A DNA stretch of 63,414 nucleotides, counting the filler. It is 4 parts of 4 records of this genome, joined end to end, with 100 filler letters (N's around TTAATTAATTAA, not from the genome) between each part and the next. Parts side by side here need not be neighbours in the genome. Positions count along the whole stretch, not along the records: positions 58,156 to 63,414 come from DRR723986_8821; 3 more parts are not named here. The stretch is one strand, 5' to 3'. A program made the translations under genes and the position numbers. Below the pieces are notes generated by a model. The model was not told the origin of the DNA. It did no database searches and was given only the letters and a program-made list of their open reading frames with translations. Shown piece after piece: positions 58,156 through 63,414 of this stretch. Position 1 is the first letter of the stretch. Every line of letters begins with the position of its first letter.

Positions 58156-58920
58156 GCGCAGCGGCGTGTTGGGGTTCACGAAGGACGATCCCGGCAGATG
58201 AAGCCCCATGAATTCCATCAGCATCTGGTTGCTGTTGGCAGTTCCGTAGAAGGTACAGGTGCCGGGGCCGTGATACGAGGCCATCTCGGCCTCCATCAGC
58301 TTGTCGCGGCCCACTTCGCCGGTGGCAAACTGTTGCCGGACCCTGGCTTTTTCATCATTTGGAAGGCCGCTTGTCATCGGCCCCGCAGGCACGAAGATCG
58401 CCGGGATATGGCCAAAGGTGGCGGCGGCAATGATCAGTCCGGGCACGATCTTGTCGCAGACCCCCAGATACATGGCCGCGTCAAAGCAGTTGTGGGAAAG
58501 GGCAACACCAGCCGCCAAGGCAATCACGTCGCGGGAAAACAGGCTCAGTTCCATCCCGGGCTGGCCTTGGGTCACGCCGTCGCACATGGCGGGGACACCA
58601 CCAGCCACTTGCGCGGTGGCCCCACGGGCGCGGGCGGCGTCTTTAATCAGCGCCGGAAACCGCTCGAACGGCTGATGGGCCGACAGCATGTCGTTATAGG
58701 CGGTGACGATCCCGATATTGGGGGCGCGGCCTGTTGCGAGCGCCCCCTGATCGGCCCCCATGGCCGCATAGGCATGGGCCTGGTTGCCACAGGTCAGATG
58801 GGCGCGCGCCGGGCCTTGATCTGTGGCGCGGCGCATCCGGTCAAGATAGGTGCTGCGGCTGTCGGTCGATCGGGCGATGATCCGGTCCGTGACCTCTGCA
58901 ATCCGGGCGTTGAGCGACAT
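58156..58920 (-). CDS. edd: Phosphogluconate dehydratase (partial, 3' end missing)
   Basis: [47 protein letters not shown]. Confidence 0.96.
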
Positions 58921-58960
58921 CGAAGACTCCTTGGCTGCGTGTTACCGCATCCTATAATCC

Positions 58961-58972
58961 GTTAGCGCTAAC
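58961..58972. promoter_or_regulatory. LacI-family operator palindrome upstream of edd
   Basis: GTTAGCGCTAAC, a perfect palindrome with central CG, 40 nt upstream of the edd start. Confidence 0.7.
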
Positions 58973-59004
58973 ATTACCAGTCAAGAATTGTGGCCCCGGC
59001 GTCG

Positions 59005-59718
59005 TTACAGAGTTGTCCCCACTAGCGCACCGATGGCGGATGTGGCGGCCATGGCCAGAACACCCCAGACCACGACACGCATGGCGGCCCGCATCTTGGG
59101 CGCCCCACCGGCCTGAGCGCCAAGCGCCCCGAGCGCGGCAAGCGCAAGGACGGTGGCAAGCCCCACCCACCAGATCAGCCCGGTCAATGGCGCGAACATG
59201 GCCACCAGCAGCGGTGCGGCGGCCCCCACGGCGAAGGTCAAGGCCGACACAACGGCCGCCTGTACGGGCGCGGGCGGTGACAGGTCGGTTATTCCAATCT
59301 CGTCGCGCAAATGGGCGGCGAGCGCGTCTTTCTCGGTCAGTTCCACCGCGACCTTGCGGGCCAGATCCGGCGACAATCCACGGAACTCATAGATCGCGAC
59401 CAGCTCTTCCAGCTCCGATTCCGGGTTGTGTTCCAACTCATATTTCTCGCGTTCCGTATCAGCGGCCTCGGTGTCGGCCTGGCTGGACACCGAGACATAT
59501 TCCCCTGCCGCCATGCTCATCGCGCCGGCCATCAGCCCGGCGGTCCCGGCCAACACAATGGCCACCCGGTCGCCGCCGCCTGCGGCCACACCCGCAATCA
59601 GCGAGGCGGTGGACAGAATCCCGTCATTGGCCCCCATCACGGCGGCGCGCAGCCAGCCGGTACGGAAGGACAAATGTGGTTCTTCGTGCGAGGAGGGCTG
59701 GTTCGAGAGATCAGACAT
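59005..59718 (-). CDS. VIT1/CCC1-family Fe/Mn transporter
   Basis: WLRAAVMGANDGILS, AGAMSMAAGEYVSVSSQAD. Confidence 0.95.
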   Translation of the reverse strand: MSDLSNQPSSHEEPHLSFRTGWLRAAVMGANDGILSTASLIAGVAAGGGDRVAIVLAGTAGLMAGAMSMAAGEYVSVSSQADTEAADTEREKYELEHNPESELEELVAIYEFRGLSPDLARKVAVELTEKDALAAHLRDEIGITDLSPPAPVQAAVVSALTFAVGAAAPLLVAMFAPLTGLIWWVGLATVLALAALGALGAQAGGAPKMRAAMRVVVWGVLAMAATSAIGALVGTTL

Positions 59719-61123
59719 CGGACAAAAGGATCTTTCCGGGGTTGAAAATGTTGAACGGGTCGACGCCGCGTTTGACCGCCGCCATCATGGTCAGGGCGCC
59801 TTCGCCCAATTCGTCCATCAGGTATTTCGCCTTGCCCTGCCCGATCCCGTGTTCGCCGGTGCAGGTGCCGTCCATGGAAATGGCCAGATCGTTCAGCCAG
59901 CTGACAAAGGTCTTGGCGCGCGCCACTTCGTCGGGATCATCCATCATGATCAGCGGCAAGGTGTGGAAATTTCCGTCGCCCACATGGCCCACGACAGGCG
60001 CGATCAGCCCCAGTTCCTCGGCCTTGGCCTGCGCGGCGGTCACGCATTCTGCAAGGCGCGACACGGGCACACAGCAATCGGTGGAAATGCCCTTGGCCCC
60101 CGGCCGCAGCCCGAGGCTGGCCCAATACGCATCGTGGCGCGCCTGCCAGAGCTTGTTGCGGTCCTCGGGTTTCGTGGTGAAGGCAAAGCCCTGACTTTCG
60201 AACTCTTCTGCAATGTCTCCAAAGGTTTGCGCCTGTTCCTTTACGCTGCTGTCGGACCCGTGAAATTCCAGCAACAGCAGCGGTTGTTCCGGCAGGTCGA
60301 GCTTGGAATATGCGTTCACGCCCTTGACGGACAGCGCGTCCAACAGCTCGATCCGTGCCACCGGCAGGCCCATCTGAATGGTCATGATCACCGCATTGCA
60401 GGCAGCCTCGACCGTCGGAAAGGAACAGGTGGCCGCAGAAATCGCCTCGGGGATGCCCTGCAATTTCAAGGTCAGCTCAGTGATCAGCCCAAGCGTGCCT
60501 TCCGAGCCCACGATCAGCCGTGTCAGGTCATATCCGGCGCTGCTTTTGCGGGCGCGGTTGCCGGTCTTGACCATCTCACCCGACGGCAGCACCGCTTTCA
60601 AGGCCAACACATTGTCTTTCATCGTGCCATAGCGCACCGCGTTGGTGCCGGACGCGCGTGTCGCGGCCATGCCGCCAAGCGAGGCATTGGCACCGGGATC
60701 AACGGGGAAAAACAGGCCCGTGTCGCGCAAATAGGTGTTCAGCGCCTCGCGGGTCACGCCCGGCTGGATGACCACGTCCATGTCCTCTGGATGTACCGCC
60801 AGGATCTTGTCCATGCGGCTGAAATCCACGCTGACACCGCCAGCGGGGGCGTTGACGTGACCCTCCAGCGAGGTTCCGGTGCCGAACGGGATGATTGGCA
60901 CGCGGTGATCGGCGCAGATGCGCACCACCTCCTGAACCTCTTCGGCGCTTTCCACAAAGACGACAGCATCGGGCGGCTGGTTGTCGATCCAGGTCGTGGT
61001 GTGGCCATGCTGTTCGCGAATGGACTGCCCGGCTTCCAGCCGCTCTCCGAACCGTTGCTTCAGCAGGGCGACCGCCAGTCCGATTCCGTCTTCATTGCGT
61101 GGCAATTCCATCAACTCGGCCAT
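59711..61123 (-). CDS. FAD-linked oxidase (D-lactate dehydrogenase/GlcD-like)
   Basis: PFGTGTSLEG, FPVDPGA, GSEGTLG, GHVGDGNFH, GEHGIGQGK, NPGK. Likely start ATG 61123 (or 61132), not 61414. Confidence 0.93.
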   Translation of the reverse strand: MAELMELPRNEDGIGLAVALLKQRFGERLEAGQSIREQHGHTTTWIDNQPPDAVVFVESAEEVQEVVRICADHRVPIIPFGTGTSLEGHVNAPAGGVSVDFSRMDKILAVHPEDMDVVIQPGVTREALNTYLRDTGLFFPVDPGANASLGGMAATRASGTNAVRYGTMKDNVLALKAVLPSGEMVKTGNRARKSSAGYDLTRLIVGSEGTLGLITELTLKLQGIPEAISAATCSFPTVEAACNAVIMTIQMGLPVARIELLDALSVKGVNAYSKLDLPEQPLLLLEFHGSDSSVKEQAQTFGDIAEEFESQGFAFTTKPEDRNKLWQARHDAYWASLGLRPGAKGISTDCCVPVSRLAECVTAAQAKAEELGLIAPVVGHVGDGNFHTLPLIMMDDPDEVARAKTFVSWLNDLAISMDGTCTGEHGIGQGKAKYLMDELGEGALTMMAAVKRGVDPFNIFNPGKILLSDV

Positions 61124-61310
61124 TGCGACCATCCCTTCCAGCTGCACCCACTTGCAAGACCCTAGGCGCGCCCGAACGCCGGTGCAATTGCCGCTATGGT
61201 CGCGTTCGGCCGTATTTCTCCCATTAACCAACAATTTCCGGTTTGCTGTCATCGGGGCGATACAGATCGCGCGTATTCCAACCGAAAACATGGGCTGAGC
61301 GGTCTTCACA

Positions 61311-62345
61311 ATGTCTTTGCACCTTCCCCCTCTGCGCCTGACGGGCGCCCGCGTTCTGCGTAACGGCCAATTGCAACGGCGGTCGCTGTGTATTGCGCGG
61401 GGGAAGATCACCAAAGGCCCCCTGCCCGAAGTGGACCTGTCCGACTATCTGGTGCTGCCCGGCATCGTGGATCTTCACTTTGACGCTCTCGGACTCCTCA
61501 GAACTCAGGAACTTCCGGCGATCAAGACGCGCCTGGCGTCAGAAGGCGTCACCACGGCGTGGCTCAGCGTTCCTTCTGACCCTGTGCCGCTGATCGGGCA
61601 AGTCTTGAGCGCACTGGCATCGGTTCGTGGGGGAATAGACCTGCGCGCCAAACTGATGCTGGCCCCGGATGCGCGCCTGACCCCCGATCACCTGAGCAGC
61701 CTTGAAGAGCAGCGCCTGGACTTCGCAAGCTTCCAGTCCATTGCGCAAAAATCTTCTGACAGGTCCAGCGCACCGGACTTTCCGCGCGAAATGTGCCGAA
61801 TGGCGGAATGTTTCGACTCGCTCGGGATTGTCTATGGCAGCTTCGGCGATGCCGATGCTGAGACGAGAGAGTATTACAGGATGCTGGGGGCGCGGATCGC
61901 CGAGCGGCCCCGCAGCAGAGCCGCCGCTGCAACGGCGCGCGCCATGGGCGACCCGGTCATCGCCGCCGCCTCCGACCTTGGGGTAACAGCCCCCATCGGT
62001 GACGCGATCAGCACCACCCGCCTGACATCGGAGGGGTTGTGCGATTGCCTGATGTCAAATGGGACTGCAGGCGCAATGGCCGAGGCCGCCTTGATTCTGG
62101 CCAACGGACAAGCGGACAATCTCGCCACGACCTGGGATCTGATCTCTCGTCGCCCGGCCGAGATCATAGGGCTGTCGGATCGCGGGGTGCTTGATTACGG
62201 CAAACGCGCGGATCTGGTGATTGTTCACGCAGGAACGCGGAAAGTCGCGGCAACAATTGCCAAGGGACGTCTGTGCTTTGCCGTGAAGGATGTGGCTGCC
62301 AGATTTGGCCATAGCGGCCACGAATTGCCTATGGCGGCAGAGTGA
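61311..62345 (+). CDS. PhnM-like amidohydrolase-fold protein, degenerate
   Basis: YLVLPGIVDLH, EGVTTAW, PAEIIGLSDRG.L..GKRADLV. Confidence 0.75.
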   Translation: MSLHLPPLRLTGARVLRNGQLQRRSLCIARGKITKGPLPEVDLSDYLVLPGIVDLHFDALGLLRTQELPAIKTRLASEGVTTAWLSVPSDPVPLIGQVLSALASVRGGIDLRAKLMLAPDARLTPDHLSSLEEQRLDFASFQSIAQKSSDRSSAPDFPREMCRMAECFDSLGIVYGSFGDADAETREYYRMLGARIAERPRSRAAAATARAMGDPVIAAASDLGVTAPIGDAISTTRLTSEGLCDCLMSNGTAGAMAEAALILANGQADNLATTWDLISRRPAEIIGLSDRGVLDYGKRADLVIVHAGTRKVAATIAKGRLCFAVKDVAARFGHSGHELPMAAE

Positions 62346-62455
62346 CACGGCATAATCCTTAAAGACACGGAACGCTTGTTAACCCTTTCGTAAGAAATCC
62401 TTCCATATCCTTTGAATGTGTCCAAGGTATCCGACTGCCAAAGACGCTGAAGGTA

Positions 62456-62495
62456 GGCCCCTGTCACACTGCACCCAAACACCGTGGCAGGGGCC
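62456..62495. terminator. Strong hairpin between the convergent phnM-like gene and ispG
   Basis: GGCCCCTGTCAC / GTGGCAGGGGCC stem; no clear U-tract. Confidence 0.55.
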
Positions 62496-62549
62496 GACCG
62501 GATATCCGGCACAATGGCAGCAATGGACGAAGAAAGCGTTAAGGGCCGG

Positions 62550-63414
62550 TCATTCCGCTGCGTCGGGGCGCGCGTCTTCAATCTCGGCGGCCTTGCGTTC
62601 CACCTGCTCGACGATGTGATCGACCATGCCCGCATTGGCCAGTTTGTGGGCCTGCTTGCCATCGAGATAGACCATCCCCGACCCGGCGCCGCCGCCGGTA
62701 AAGCCGACATCGGTCAGCAGCGCCTCGCCCGGCCCGTTCACCACGCAGCCGATGACAGACAGGCTCATCGGGGTCTTGATATGGGCCAGCCGGTCTTCCA
62801 GCAGTTCCACCGTCTTGATCACATCAAACCCCTGCCGCGCACAGGATGGGCAAGAGATGATGTTGACCCCCCGATGCCGCAACCCGAGCGCCTTGAGGAT
62901 CTCATAGCCAACCTTGACCTCTTCGACCGGATCCGCCGACAGGCTGACGCGCAGCGTGTCGCCGATGCCCATCCACAAGAGGTTCCCAAGCCCGATGGCG
63001 GATTTCACCGTACCGGTCGTCAGCCCGCCCGCTTCGGTGATGCCAAGGTGAATGGGCGCGTCCGTGGCCTCGGCCAGACCCTGATAGGCGGCGGCGGCCA
63101 TAAAGACGTCGGACGCCTTCACGCTGATCTTGAATTCGTGGAAGTCATGGTCTTGCAGAATACGGATATGATCCAGCCCGCTTTCGATCATCGCGTCGGG
63201 GCACGGCTCGCCATATTTGTCCAGCAGGTGCTTTTCCAGTGACCCGGCATTCACCCCGATGCGGATCGAACAGCCATGATCGCGCGCCGCCCTGACCACC
63301 TCAGCCACGCGGGTTGCATCGCCGATATTGCCGGGATTGATGCGCAAACAGGCGGCGCCTGCCTCGGCGGCCTCGATCCCGCGTTTGTAGTGGAAATGGA
63401 TGTCCGCCACGATC
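62550..63414 (-). CDS. ispG: 4-hydroxy-3-methylbut-2-en-1-yl diphosphate synthase (partial, 5' end outside the window)
   Basis: [54 protein letters not shown]. Confidence 0.97.
   Translation of the reverse strand, partial: IVADIHFHYKRGIEAAEAGAACLRINPGNIGDATRVAEVVRAARDHGCSIRIGVNAGSLEKHLLDKYGEPCPDAMIESGLDHIRILQDHDFHEFKISVKASDVFMAAAAYQGLAEATDAPIHLGITEAGGLTTGTVKSAIGLGNLLWMGIGDTLRVSLSADPVEEVKVGYEILKALGLRHRGVNIISCPSCARQGFDVIKTVELLEDRLAHIKTPMSLSVIGCVVNGPGEALLTDVGFTGGGAGSGMVYLDGKQAHKLANAGMVDHIVEQVERKAAEIEDARPDAAE

Noticed and set aside
59013-61165. Long plus-strand ORFs (393 aa and 579 aa)
   Set aside because: They are antisense shadows of the VIT1 and FAD-oxidase genes in high-GC DNA, with no recognisable motifs.

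Overview
This window is four contigs joined by artificial 100-nt spacers (44 N + TTAATTAATTAA + 44 N at 24874-24973, 39729-39828 and 58056-58155). Contig 1 (1-24873) and contig 3 (39829-58055) look like one moderate-GC FCB-group genome (Bacteroidota/Ignavibacteria/Kapabacteria-like), because they share a dispersed repeat family. Contig 1 carries a LytS/LytTR pair, two TonB-dependent receptors, a degenerate GxxExxY protein, an MBL-rhodanese fusion, an uncharacterised three-gene envelope cluster, a rhomboid protease and three paralogous T9SS-type secreted proteins. Contig 3 carries an orphan Nmad2 gene, DUF6794, a MATE transporter, paaF/G/H-like genes, an IS110 element and a Cus-like heavy-metal efflux cluster. 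Contig 2 (24974-39728) is AT-rich Cyclobacteriaceae-like housekeeping DNA (cobB, trmB, folC, tonB/exbD/exbB, TPR proteins, holA, usp). Contig 4 (58156-63414) is GC-rich Rhodobacteraceae-like DNA (edd, VIT1, an FAD-linked oxidase, a phnM-like gene, ispG). The main finding is a complete IS110 element (46267-47646) inserted at a CT core inside a palindromic REP-like repeat. Its non-coding left end reads by eye as a bridge RNA: the target-loop guides match the reconstructed target (CCACAGG-CT-CACAG), the donor-loop guides match the circle junction (ACAGTAC-CT-CGTAA), and a promoter forms only on circularisation. An empty copy of the target repeat lies 11.8 kb downstream. All family and taxonomy calls are from motif recognition without database searches.
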